Shown: positions 10,872 through 19,913 of the stretch, piece after piece
How the letters are laid out: each line of letters opens with the position of its first letter
Position numbering within the stretch: position 1 is the first letter of the stretch
Program-made: the position numbers and the translations under genes
The notes under the pieces: generated by a model
Seen by the model: the letters and a program-made list of their open reading frames with translations, nothing else
Databases searched by the model: none
What the model was told of the DNA's origin: nothing
NCBI GenBank assembly: GCA_965215605.1
Contig: OZ244070.1
Span: 3,488,001-3,552,000, forward strand
Length of the DNA stretch: 64,000 nt
Direction of reading: 5' to 3'
Source of the DNA: an uncultured Candidatus Binatia bacterium
GTDB taxonomy: Bacteria; Desulfobacterota; Binatia; UBA9968; JAJDTQ01

Positions 10872-11792
10872 ATGGGAATCGGCATCGGAATCGGATTCAC
10901 GGGGTGGCCCTTCGGGGAGCCCAACCCCGAGGCGTTCTGGAGTGCCGTGGACCTGGCGGAAAACCTTGCCATCGATTCGCTGTGGCTGAGCGATCGCGTG
11001 GTGTCGGAGACCCTGAGCCTCGAGCCCGTGGTGGCGCTTTCGTGGGTGGCCGCGCGCACTCGCAAGATGAAGTTCGGCACCAGCGTCATGGCCCTCCCGC
11101 TCAGGAACCCCACCGTGCTGGCCAAGGAGCTCGCCACCCTGGACTTCCTGTCGGGCGGGCGCCTGCTGCTGGCCGTGGGCCTCGGCCGCGACGACGACAC
11201 CGAGCTCCAGGCCTGCGGCATTCACCGTTCCGAGCGCGCCGGCCGCACCGAGGAGATGGTGCACCTCCTGCGCGCCCTCTGGTCCGGGAACAACGTGCAT
11301 TTCGCGGGCAGGTACTACCACCTCGAGGACGTCTCCATTCAACCCAAGCCCGCCCAGACCGAGCCGCCCATCTGGGTCGGCGGACGGAGCGGCCCCGCCT
11401 TCCGGCGCACCGCCCGCCTGGCCGACGGCTGGCTGGCCTCCCAGATGATCCCCTCGGAAGTGGAGACCGCCATCACGCGTATCCGAAACTACGCCGCCGA
11501 CTACGGCCGCCGCATCGACGACGATCACTTCGGCGTGCTCTTCAACTTCTGCTTCGCCAAGGATTCAGAGGAAGCCGCCCGCATCGCCCGCCCCTACGCG
11601 CTGCGCAACCGCACCGACGTGGACTTTACCGGAACCTCCGCCCTGGGCACCGCCCGGGACATAGCCGCAACGATCCAACGCTTCATCGACGCCGGCGCTT
11701 CCAAGTTCGTCGCGCGCCCTGCCTGCCCCCCGGAGGCCATTCACGAACAGCTTCGCCGCCTCGGCACGGAGATAATTACGCGGTTCGCGTAA
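10872..11792 (+). CDS. LLM class (luciferase-like) flavin-dependent oxidoreductase
   Basis: DSLWLSD, LRNPTVLAKELATLDFLSGGRLLLAVGLG, PPIWVGG, ARLADGW. Confidence 0.9.
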   Translation: MGIGIGIGFTGWPFGEPNPEAFWSAVDLAENLAIDSLWLSDRVVSETLSLEPVVALSWVAARTRKMKFGTSVMALPLRNPTVLAKELATLDFLSGGRLLLAVGLGRDDDTELQACGIHRSERAGRTEEMVHLLRALWSGNNVHFAGRYYHLEDVSIQPKPAQTEPPIWVGGRSGPAFRRTARLADGWLASQMIPSEVETAITRIRNYAADYGRRIDDDHFGVLFNFCFAKDSEEAARIARPYALRNRTDVDFTGTSALGTARDIAATIQRFIDAGASKFVARPACPPEAIHEQLRRLGTEIITRFA

Positions 11793-11820
11793 GTGACGAT
11801 GGCCGGAAACCGCACCAACG

Positions 11821-13215
11821 CTACCGCACTTCGGCGATCTTGTTGAAGCCGTCGTAGGCCGCCACCTTGTAGGCTTCGGCGAAGGTGGGGTAGTTGAAGA
11901 CGTTGTCGCGGAAGTACTCGATGGTGCCGCCGAGGGCGATGACGGCGTGGCCGATGTGGATGATCTCGGTGGCCTCCTCGCCGATGGCGTGAACGCTCAG
12001 GAGCTTGAGGGTGTCGGGGTCGAAGATCAGCTTCAGCATGCCGGCGCGGTCGCCCACCATCTGAGCCTTGGCGACATCCTCGTAGAGGGCCTTGCCCACC
12101 TCGTAGGGCACGCGCTCGGCGGTGAGTTCCTGTTCCGTGCGGCCCACCATGGAGATCTCCGGGATGGTGTAGATGCCGTAAGGGAAGAAAGGCGCGGGGG
12201 CGAGGGACGGGCCGTCGAACATGTGGGTGCTGGCAAGGCGGCCCTGCTCCATGGAGGTGGAGGCCAAGGCCGGGAAGCCGATGCAGTCGCCCACCGCGTA
12301 GATGTGGGGTTGCGTGGTCTGGAAGCGCTCGTTCACGGCGATGCGTCCACGCGCGTCGGTGTCGATGCCGATGCGGTCGAGCTCGAGTTGGTCGGCGTTC
12401 GACTGCCGCCCCACGGTGTAGAGCAGGGACTCGCCGACGACCCGTTTGCCGCTCTCCAGTTCGGCACGCACCAAGCCGTTGTCCTGAATGCGCACGCCGG
12501 TGACGTGCTCGCCCAAGCGGAAAATGGCGTCGCGCCGGCGCATGTGGTAGCGCAGCGCCTCGATGATCTCCCGGTCGACAAAGTCGAGCATGGTGTCGCG
12601 CCGCTCGATGAGCGTCACGCGCACGCCCAGCGCCGACAGCATGGAGGCGTATTCCAGCCCGATGACGCCGGCGCCCACGACGATCATGCTGCGCGGCAAA
12701 TCGCCGCGGCCCGCGCTGCCGAAATCCTCCGCCACCATCACCTTGCGTCCGTCGTAAGGGATGTCCGGGTTGCGCGCCGAGCGGGTGCCGCAGGCGATGA
12801 TGATATGGTCGCCGCGTACCTGCTGCCCGTCCTCCACCTGCAGCGTATGGGCGTCCACGAAGTGAGCCCAGCCGTTCACCAGGGTCACGCCGTTGCGCTG
12901 GAGCTGATCGGTCACCTGTGACTGTTCCCGTTCGACCACCTTGCGCACCCGGAACATGAGGTCGTCCACGGTGACGTGCGCCTTGGGTGAGTAGGCTTGC
13001 CCGTAGAACGTCTTCTGCTGGAAACCAGTGAGGTAAAGCACCGCCAGCCGCATGGTCTTGCTGGGGATGGTGCCCGAGTGCAGGCACACGCCGCCGAGCA
13101 TGTCGTAGCGGTCGATGAGCGCCACGCGCTTGTTCATCTTGGCGGCCGCGATGGCGCCTTTCTGGCCTGCCGGGCCGCTGCCGATGACCAAGAGGTCGTA
13201 GGATTGTGCGTCCAT
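11821..13215 (-). CDS. sthA: Soluble pyridine nucleotide transhydrogenase (Si-specific)
   Basis: IGSGPAG, GGVCLHSGTIPSK (single Cys, CxxxxT typical of SthA), LASTSMEQGR, GIYTIPEIS, FNYPTFAEAYKVAA. Confidence 0.88.
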   Translation of the reverse strand: MDAQSYDLLVIGSGPAGQKGAIAAAKMNKRVALIDRYDMLGGVCLHSGTIPSKTMRLAVLYLTGFQQKTFYGQAYSPKAHVTVDDLMFRVRKVVEREQSQVTDQLQRNGVTLVNGWAHFVDAHTLQVEDGQQVRGDHIIIACGTRSARNPDIPYDGRKVMVAEDFGSAGRGDLPRSMIVVGAGVIGLEYASMLSALGVRVTLIERRDTMLDFVDREIIEALRYHMRRRDAIFRLGEHVTGVRIQDNGLVRAELESGKRVVGESLLYTVGRQSNADQLELDRIGIDTDARGRIAVNERFQTTQPHIYAVGDCIGFPALASTSMEQGRLASTHMFDGPSLAPAPFFPYGIYTIPEISMVGRTEQELTAERVPYEVGKALYEDVAKAQMVGDRAGMLKLIFDPDTLKLLSVHAIGEEATEIIHIGHAVIALGGTIEYFRDNVFNYPTFAEAYKVAAYDGFNKIAEVR

Positions 13216-13325
13216 GGGTTTCGTCAAGCCATTTCATGCGGGCCGGGCGCGAATACGGTTCCGGTGCTCATCGCTTCGCCTCGCCGGGTTCGCGCCGCTC
13301 ACCGTGGTGTCGTCGCGCCCCGGCT

Positions 13326-13691
13326 TCACAGCTTCTCATCGTCGGGCACCGTGTCGGTCACGAGGTCGCGGATCAACGGCCGCTTGGGCAACGGCTCCAC
13401 CCGGCTGCCCTCGGGCGTGAGGCGCGCGGTGCACAGGTAGGCCACCTGCCCATCCACCAGGGCCATGCAGGTCTTGCACGCGTTGGCGTTGACGCATCCG
13501 TAGCGGAAGGCCAAGCTGGAGTCCACGTGGCCGCGCACCCACACCAGCGCGTCGAGGACAGACATGCCCTCATCGTAGGGGACCCGGTACGTGTCGTACC
13601 GTTCCGGGTCCCCGGGGCGGCCGCGCCGCACGCACAACTCGGTCGTGTGCTGGTTGGTCTGTGTTGTCGTGCCGCCCATGCCGACGTCCAT
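13326..13691 (-). CDS. Stand-alone 2Fe-2S protein resembling the SdhB/FrdB N-terminal domain
   Basis: SVLDALVWVR...DSSLAFRYGCVNANACKTC...LC...VEPL...IRDLV; ends before any 4Fe-4S domain; start uncertain (13700/13691/13679). Confidence 0.8.
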   Translation of the reverse strand: MDVGMGGTTTQTNQHTTELCVRRGRPGDPERYDTYRVPYDEGMSVLDALVWVRGHVDSSLAFRYGCVNANACKTCMALVDGQVAYLCTARLTPEGSRVEPLPKRPLIRDLVTDTVPDDEKL

Positions 13692-13757
13692 CCTCTCCAC
13701 TGGTGGATTCCCGCTCTACAGGCTGGTCAGAACTCCCCGAGACGAGCGTGACGAATA

Positions 13758-13780
13758 CGTCATTCCCGCGGAAGCGCAAT
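13758..13780. repeat. REP-like palindrome copy (partial), with a TGGATTCCCGC half-site at 13704-13714
   Basis: CGTCATTCCCGCGGAAGCGCAAT. Confidence 0.55.
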
Positions 13781-15444
13781 TACCACTGCCAGCGCGCCGC
13801 CAGTTCTTCCCCGTTCATTTCAACGGCTTGGTTGCGGACGAGTCCCGGATCGCTCTCCGGGAAGTCCAGGCGTTGGTGGGCGCCGCGGCTCTCGGCGCGC
13901 CCCAGCGCCGCCCGCGTTACCGCTTCGGCGGTGGTGAGCATGGCGCGAAGCTCCAACCGGTCCTGCAGATCGAGGTTGAAGCCGACGGCTTCGTGCGCCG
14001 CCACCGGCGTTTTCCGGATCTCGCGGATGCCGTCGAGCGCGCGGCGGAGTCGCTCGCCGGTTCGGAAAGGGCCGACATCGTTCCACATGAGGTCCTGCAG
14101 GCGGCGTTGCAGCACATTGGCCGGGGCGCCGTCCTCCAGACGCGCGGCCGCGGCGCACCGGAGGCGCGCCTCCGCGCCGCCGGTCGCGGCGCCGTTCCAA
14201 CTCGAAGGAATGCCGGCCGCCGCCTTGCCGGCCGCCCGCCCCGCGCATTCGCCGAACACCAGCGCCTCGGTGATGGCGTTGCCCGACAGCCGGTTGGCGC
14301 CGTTGGCTCCGCCCACGGCCTCGCCCGCGGCGTAGAGCCCGGGCACGCGGGTCTCCATGCGCTCGTCCACACGGATGCCGCCCATATGGTAGTGCGCCGT
14401 CGGCGCCACCTCCACGGGCGTTTGCGTGAGGTCGATGCCGTTTGTGGCCAACCGGTCGATGACCGGGCCGAAAGCGTCGCGCAGAGTCTCGTCGGGAACG
14501 TGCCGGAAGTCCAGGTAGACGCCGCCGTGGGGGGAGCCCCGTCCCGCTTCCACCTCCTTCAGGATGGCGTAGGAAGCCTGGTCGCGCACTGTCGTGTACT
14601 TGCCGCCGTCCTGCCCGCCGTAACGGTGCATGAACTCCTCGAAGTCGCCGTTCAGGAGCCGGCCGCCGAGCTTGTAGCGGAAAGGGTCCCACATGATGGG
14701 GTCCATGCCCACCAGCCGCGGCGCCAGGTGGGCGATGGGAAAGAACTGCACGAACTCCATGTCGACGAGTTCGGCGCCGGCGCGCAGCGCCAGCGCGTAG
14801 GCCTCGCCGCCCATGTTGGTGGACGCGCTGTTGCGGCGATAGATCTTGGTGAGTCCGCCTGCCGCCAGAATGACGGCCTTGGCGGTGAAGGTCGCCACTT
14901 CACCCGACACCACGTCCAGGCCCACGGCGCCGGCCGCGCGGCCGTCCCGCACGACGACATCCGTGACCGTCACGTTGCTGACCCGGCGCACCGCGCTCAT
15001 GGTGCCCACCTGGCGCCGCAACGTCCCCGCGACGCCCGGCCCGGTGTTGAGGAAGTCCACGTAGCAGCAGCGCGCCCGGCCGTGGCCCGGAGCCTGGACC
15101 TGGCGGATGCGTCCACTTGGGCCGCGCGCCCAGTGGGCGCCCCAGCGATCCATGTCGAAAATGCGGGCGGGACCGTTCTCGCACAACAGGCGGGCGAGTT
15201 TCTCGTCACACAGTTCGCGGCCCGCGGCGAGGGTGTCGTTGAGATGGTCGCTCCAGTGGTCCCGTTCCTCGTGCCCGATGGCCGCGGCCACGGTCATCTG
15301 CGCCATGATGGTGGCGCCGCCGCGGCCCACCAGGGACTTGTCCAGCAGCAGAACCGACGCGCCTTCCCGTGCCGCGGCGATGGCCGCGTACATGCCGGCC
15401 CCGCCCGCTCCCACCACCAGAACGTCTGTGGACAGATGGACCAC
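13780..15444 (-). CDS. SdhA/FrdA/NadB-family FAD-dependent oxidoreductase (atypical)
   Basis: GAGGAG, DMEFVQF, TAHYHMGG, GLYAAGE, GANRLSGN, RAESRGAH. Confidence 0.88.
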   Translation of the reverse strand: MVHLSTDVLVVGAGGAGMYAAIAAAREGASVLLLDKSLVGRGGATIMAQMTVAAAIGHEERDHWSDHLNDTLAAGRELCDEKLARLLCENGPARIFDMDRWGAHWARGPSGRIRQVQAPGHGRARCCYVDFLNTGPGVAGTLRRQVGTMSAVRRVSNVTVTDVVVRDGRAAGAVGLDVVSGEVATFTAKAVILAAGGLTKIYRRNSASTNMGGEAYALALRAGAELVDMEFVQFFPIAHLAPRLVGMDPIMWDPFRYKLGGRLLNGDFEEFMHRYGGQDGGKYTTVRDQASYAILKEVEAGRGSPHGGVYLDFRHVPDETLRDAFGPVIDRLATNGIDLTQTPVEVAPTAHYHMGGIRVDERMETRVPGLYAAGEAVGGANGANRLSGNAITEALVFGECAGRAAGKAAAGIPSSWNGAATGGAEARLRCAAAARLEDGAPANVLQRRLQDLMWNDVGPFRTGERLRRALDGIREIRKTPVAAHEAVGFNLDLQDRLELRAMLTTAEAVTRAALGRAESRGAHQRLDFPESDPGLVRNQAVEMNGEELAARWQW

Positions 15445-15787
15445 GCCGCAAAGTCTAGTGCAAAGCGAAGGAACCGTCCAGCACGCCCCCGGAACGCCTG
15501 CAGAAAAGGACCGGGACCGCGGGGAGGCGGTTCACTTGATGGGGCTGGTGTTCGGACGGGCCGAGCGGAACCTCCTTGGCGCGCCGCCCGCACGGGCTTG
15601 ATCCCCGTCGTTGCCGCTCTTCCCCGGGCTGGCTCCGGGGAACTGCCGTGAGCCGCGCATCTCCTTGACGCCGCAACGCCTTTCGTTCTAACAAGAAACC
15701 TCAAGGACAGGGACAGAGCAGGGACGGGTGGGCGCAACTTCTACGCAGTCTACACAAGGCAGCAAGCCGCAAAGGGGAGGACCCGAC

Positions 15788-17461
15788 ATGGCGCATGATC
15801 TGGTTATCAAGAACGGGCTCGTGGTCGACGGCACCGGCAGTCCCGGTTTCGAGGCGGACGTGGCCATCGACGGGGGAACCATCGCCGCCATCGGAAAGGA
15901 CGTGGGGTCCGGCACGACCGAGATCGACGCCCGCGGCCAGGTGGTGGCGCCTGGTTTCATCGACTCCCACACCCACATGGACCTCTTCATCGTGCAGTAT
16001 CCCCACGGAAATCCCGTGGTGAACTACGGCGTCACCTCCATCGTCATCGGCGACTGCGGCGCCTCCATCGCACCGGTGCCGCCTCAGGGCGAGCCGCGCG
16101 ACGTGCTGATTTCCTATCTGCGCCGGGTCCTCGACGACTACGTCAACGACGACGACTGGAAGTGGACCACTTTCCCCGAATACCTGGACTACCTCGAAGG
16201 ACGCGTAGGCGTGAACGTGGCCGCCTTGGTGCCGCACTCCCCGGTGCGCCTGACGGTCATGGGCGAGGCGGCCTACAAGCGCGAGTCCACTCCCGAGGAG
16301 CTGGAAACCATGAAGCAGATGGTCCGGGAGGGCATGGAGGCGGGCGGCATCGGCTTCTCGTCCAGCCCCCGGGGCGGTCCGGCGATCCATGCCGGCACTC
16401 CCAGCACCCTGGCCAGCCAGGAAGAGATGGCGGCCCTGGCCAACGTGGCGGGCGAATACGGCGGCTGTTTCCAGTTCAACGGCTTCGGCAACCTGCTGAA
16501 GCCCGAGAGCGGCTTCCCTGAGCTGGTGGAGAAGATCAACGTGCCGATGATCGGCAACGAGTTCCGGGTGAGGCCCGGGGAGAAGGACGACGGGCTGCGG
16601 GCCATCGAGCTCATGCGGGAGGCCCGGGAGAGGGGCAAGGACATCTACGGCGTGGTCATCCCTTACTCGCACATCCGGCGCTTCAATCTCGACGACTGCT
16701 TCATCCTGGAGGGCCTGCCTCTCTGGGAGGAGATCAAGGGCGACCGGAAGGAGCTGCCGCGGAAGCTCAAGGATCCCGAGGTGCGGCGCAGGCTGGACGA
16801 GCAGCGGCGTGAGAACGCGGGCGAGCCCGCGTATCCCGAATGGCTCGGATGGGGCGGCGTCTACTTCGACGGGATGGAGCGCGAGGACCTCAAGTCCCAC
16901 GAGGGCAGGAACGTCTCGGAGATCGCCGCCGCCGGCGGCAAGTCCGAGACGGACGCCTTCTTCGACACCTGGCTGGAGGACGGCCTCCAGTCCAGGCTCT
17001 ACTATCAGGGTTTCGCCAACGGACACCAGGATCTCCTGGCCGAGATGATCAAGACCACCGAAGGGCTCATCGGCACCGACGCGGGCGCGCATCTGGACCG
17101 GTTCTTCTGGCACGGCGCGCCCACCCGTGTGCTGGGCTACTGGCGCCGCGACAAGAACATCTTCAACCTCGAGGAGGCCGTCCACAAGGTAACCGGCCAT
17201 CCCGCCGCCAAGCTGCGCATGAACCGCGGCATCCTCAAGACCGGCCTTCCGGCCGACGTCACGGTGTTCGACCCCGACAAGATCGACGATCTGGCCAGCA
17301 AGCGCATGCCGGCCAAGCTCGACGAGGAGGAGATCCACCGGCATCCGCCCGGCATCGCCGCGGTGGTGGTCAACGGCAAGGTGGTGCTGGAACACGGCGA
17401 GTGCAAGGACGTCTTCCCCGGCCAGGTGAGGCGGCAGGATCTCTTCGTCCAGGGACAGTAG
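15788..17461 (+). CDS. N-acyl-D-amino-acid deacylase family amidohydrolase
   Basis: APGFIDSHTH, GDCG, GTDAGAH, ADVTVFDP, VVVNG; GGAGG RBS. Confidence 0.88.
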   Translation: MAHDLVIKNGLVVDGTGSPGFEADVAIDGGTIAAIGKDVGSGTTEIDARGQVVAPGFIDSHTHMDLFIVQYPHGNPVVNYGVTSIVIGDCGASIAPVPPQGEPRDVLISYLRRVLDDYVNDDDWKWTTFPEYLDYLEGRVGVNVAALVPHSPVRLTVMGEAAYKRESTPEELETMKQMVREGMEAGGIGFSSSPRGGPAIHAGTPSTLASQEEMAALANVAGEYGGCFQFNGFGNLLKPESGFPELVEKINVPMIGNEFRVRPGEKDDGLRAIELMREARERGKDIYGVVIPYSHIRRFNLDDCFILEGLPLWEEIKGDRKELPRKLKDPEVRRRLDEQRRENAGEPAYPEWLGWGGVYFDGMEREDLKSHEGRNVSEIAAAGGKSETDAFFDTWLEDGLQSRLYYQGFANGHQDLLAEMIKTTEGLIGTDAGAHLDRFFWHGAPTRVLGYWRRDKNIFNLEEAVHKVTGHPAAKLRMNRGILKTGLPADVTVFDPDKIDDLASKRMPAKLDEEEIHRHPPGIAAVVVNGKVVLEHGECKDVFPGQVRRQDLFVQGQ

Positions 17462-17494
17462 ACCGCCGTGCCGGGAACAGAGGAGAACACACGC

Positions 17495-18241
17495 ATGGAG
17501 GTCCTTGGACCGGAAGGGCTGATCGACGATCTTCGCCGTGTGCTGCGCGGCCGGTATCCCGTTCATCCCTTGCGCAAGCTGCTCCTGGGCGGTGAGCTCA
17601 CCCGGGAGCAGTTGCAGGGGTGGGCCAAGAACCAGTTTCACGAGTTCCGCAACATCCATCGCTTCTTCGGCATCCGTTACCAGAAGTGCCCGGTCCAGGC
17701 ATTGCGGCGCATGTTGCTGGAGAACATGGTGGAGGAAGAGGGCGAGGATCTGTTCGGCGGAAAGTATCCCAGCCATGCGGAGTTGTGGACCCGCTTCGGC
17801 GAGGGGCTGGGGATCACGCGCGAGGAACTGCACGGCTACGAGCCCTTGCCGGGAATCAAGGCGGGGCTGGAGATGTACGTGCAACTGGTCCAGCAGAGCC
17901 ACTGGGCCGTCGCCATCGGCACCGGCCTCGTCTTCGAGGGCGAAGGCCCCAGGCGGATGGGGGAGGAGCGCCAGGCCCTGGAGGCCCGGTATCCCTGGAT
18001 ACCCTCGGAGTCCCTGGCCTTCTTTCGCGCCCACGAGTATCATGACGAGGGGCATGGCGACTTCATCGTCGACGTGATCAAGGAACACATCATGGACGGG
18101 GGGCTTCAGGAGGAAATGCGGGCTGCGGTGCGGACGCGCGTGGACATCATGTGGCTTCAGAACGAGTCCATCTATCAGGCCTTCGTGCGCCCCCGGCTCA
18201 GCTCGGAGACTCTCGGCCGAATCGAGGCCGCCGGCAACTGA
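17495..18241 (+). CDS. Heme-oxygenase-like diiron enzyme (PqqC/TenA/CADD family)
   Basis: HPL...GELTREQLQGWA, ENMVEEEG...HAELW, FEG, FFRAHEYHDEGH (E..H / E / HxxxDxxH ligand set); GAGGAG RBS. Confidence 0.8.
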   Translation: MEVLGPEGLIDDLRRVLRGRYPVHPLRKLLLGGELTREQLQGWAKNQFHEFRNIHRFFGIRYQKCPVQALRRMLLENMVEEEGEDLFGGKYPSHAELWTRFGEGLGITREELHGYEPLPGIKAGLEMYVQLVQQSHWAVAIGTGLVFEGEGPRRMGEERQALEARYPWIPSESLAFFRAHEYHDEGHGDFIVDVIKEHIMDGGLQEEMRAAVRTRVDIMWLQNESIYQAFVRPRLSSETLGRIEAAGN

Positions 18242-18296
18242 ATCGGTCTGGGGGCGCGAGCCGCGCGTCCGGGCCGCCACCATCTTGACGAGATCC

Positions 18297-19166
18297 ATGA
18301 GTTCACAGTTCGGTAAAGCGCTTGCAGTGGTGATCCTTCTGGCGGCCACGGTTGCGATGGGATACACGGCGTGGCAGACCCGCAACCTCCGGGCCGCCTT
18401 CGACCGGATGACGGCGGGGGACGAGAAGAACCTCACGGAGATGATGATCGCGCTTGCCCAGACCGAGGGGCATCTCGCGCGAGTGCGGGAGACGATGGAA
18501 CTGCTCGGCAGCGCGGTCACATCGGAAGCCGATGACAATGCGCGCGCCGGCGCGCTGGAGGGGAAGCTCGCGGCCACCCTGACCGCAGCTCAGCGGAAAA
18601 TCCTCCAGCAGGAGTTGAAGAAATGGGTCGCGCAGCTTCAGGAACAGAGAGAGAAGGGCTGGGCGGCGTTGCGGGAGGGCTTCAAGCAGGAGTTGAGCCG
18701 TAGCGAGGCCAAGGGCCGGAAGGAGCTGACGGCGACTCTGAACAGGAATCGGAGGACTCTCACCAACCAGTTGAACGCCTTGGGAAAGAACCTGCCCAAG
18801 CCGTCCACGGAGGAGCCCGGCGAGGAGCTGGCCGCCCTGGAGCGGCGGCTGGCCGCCATTCTCGAGGCGGATGAGAATCGCGCGCAGACCGCCAGACAAA
18901 GAACGGAACGCGACGAGGAGTACTGGAAACAGCTCTTCCTGGCCTTGCAGGAGAGCCAGGACGTGGCGCGGCGGCGTTACGCCGAGTTGGCGGCGCGTCT
19001 GGATGAGTTGCGGAAGGAGGGGTCCGGCAAGCCGTCGGCCGTGGAGGAGGCGCCGCGGCAGGAACCGGCAACGCCCCCGGCGGTCCAGGGTAATCCGACC
19101 GAACGCGAAAGGCTGGCGGAATTTTGCGCCGAGGTGCCTCAATCCGCGCTCTGCCGCGATCTCTAG
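18297..19166 (+). CDS. Hypothetical membrane-anchored coiled-coil protein
   Basis: Single N-terminal hydrophobic helix, long E/Q/R/L-rich helical region, Pro-rich linker, C-terminal CxxxPxxxxC. Confidence 0.7.
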   Translation: MSSQFGKALAVVILLAATVAMGYTAWQTRNLRAAFDRMTAGDEKNLTEMMIALAQTEGHLARVRETMELLGSAVTSEADDNARAGALEGKLAATLTAAQRKILQQELKKWVAQLQEQREKGWAALREGFKQELSRSEAKGRKELTATLNRNRRTLTNQLNALGKNLPKPSTEEPGEELAALERRLAAILEADENRAQTARQRTERDEEYWKQLFLALQESQDVARRRYAELAARLDELRKEGSGKPSAVEEAPRQEPATPPAVQGNPTERERLAEFCAEVPQSALCRDL

Positions 19167-19203
19167 TGGCGGGACACCAACGATTCGTCACACCGGGAAC
19201 GAC

Positions 19204-19827
19204 ATGGGATTTTACGACATCTCGCTGCGATTGAGCCCCGACACCGCTCGTTGGGTCACCGCGACGCCGTTCGAGCTGGTGGACCGTAGGCGGATGCAGC
19301 GGGGCGACCACAATAACTCGTCGAGCGTCAACATGAGCGTCCACAGCGGTACGCACATGGATGCGCCGTTCCATTTCGTGTCCGACGGGGCGGCCATCGA
19401 CCAGTTGCCTCTGGATCTTTTCATCGGGCCGGTCCTGGTGCACGAGGTGACCTCCCGCCGCTACATCACCGAGGAGCATGTGGCGGCGGTTCCGCCCGGA
19501 GAGCGCATCCTGTTCAAGACCCGCAACTCGGAGCTTCTGCGGCGGGCGGAGTACGATCCGGACTTCACCGCCTTCTCCGTCGGAGCGGCCGAGGCGCTGG
19601 TGGCCAAGGGCTACAGGCTCGTGGGTCTGGACTATCTCTCGGTGGCCCACGCGGACGAGCAGGTGCCGGTGCACCGGGCCTTCCTGGATCACGGTCTCGC
19701 GCTGCTGGAAGGCGTGGACCTCACCGGAATCCGGCCGGGCCGGTACGAGTTGATCTGCTTTCCCGTCTGCATCGCCGGCGCGGACGGCGCTCCCTGCCGC
19801 GCCATCCTCCGTGACCTCGATCCTTGA
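19204..19827 (+). CDS. Cyclase family metal-dependent hydrolase (kynurenine formamidase-like)
   Basis: HSGTHMDAPFH, LVGLDYLSV, VHRAFL, GADGAPCRA. Confidence 0.9.
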   Translation: MGFYDISLRLSPDTARWVTATPFELVDRRRMQRGDHNNSSSVNMSVHSGTHMDAPFHFVSDGAAIDQLPLDLFIGPVLVHEVTSRRYITEEHVAAVPPGERILFKTRNSELLRRAEYDPDFTAFSVGAAEALVAKGYRLVGLDYLSVAHADEQVPVHRAFLDHGLALLEGVDLTGIRPGRYELICFPVCIAGADGAPCRAILRDLDP

Positions 19828-19913
19828 GAAGACGGGATTCCTCGATTCCCACGCGCGCTTCGTGCCGCCGACTGCGGTAGCCGAAATGAGACAGCACCCG
19901 TGAAAGGCACCCC

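Noticed and set aside
13326-15444. Canonical succinate dehydrogenase sdhAB
   Set aside because: Missing covalent-FAD His and QFHP His, truncated Fe-S subunit, no membrane anchors.
15455-15694. Small minus-strand ORFs in the 15445-15787 gap
   Set aside because: Arg/Gly/Pro-rich composition, no motif and no properly spaced RBS.
17495-18241. pqqC / PQQ biosynthesis
   Set aside because: No pqqA/B/D/E nearby, and the protein has a diiron-type ligand set unlike cofactor-free PqqC.
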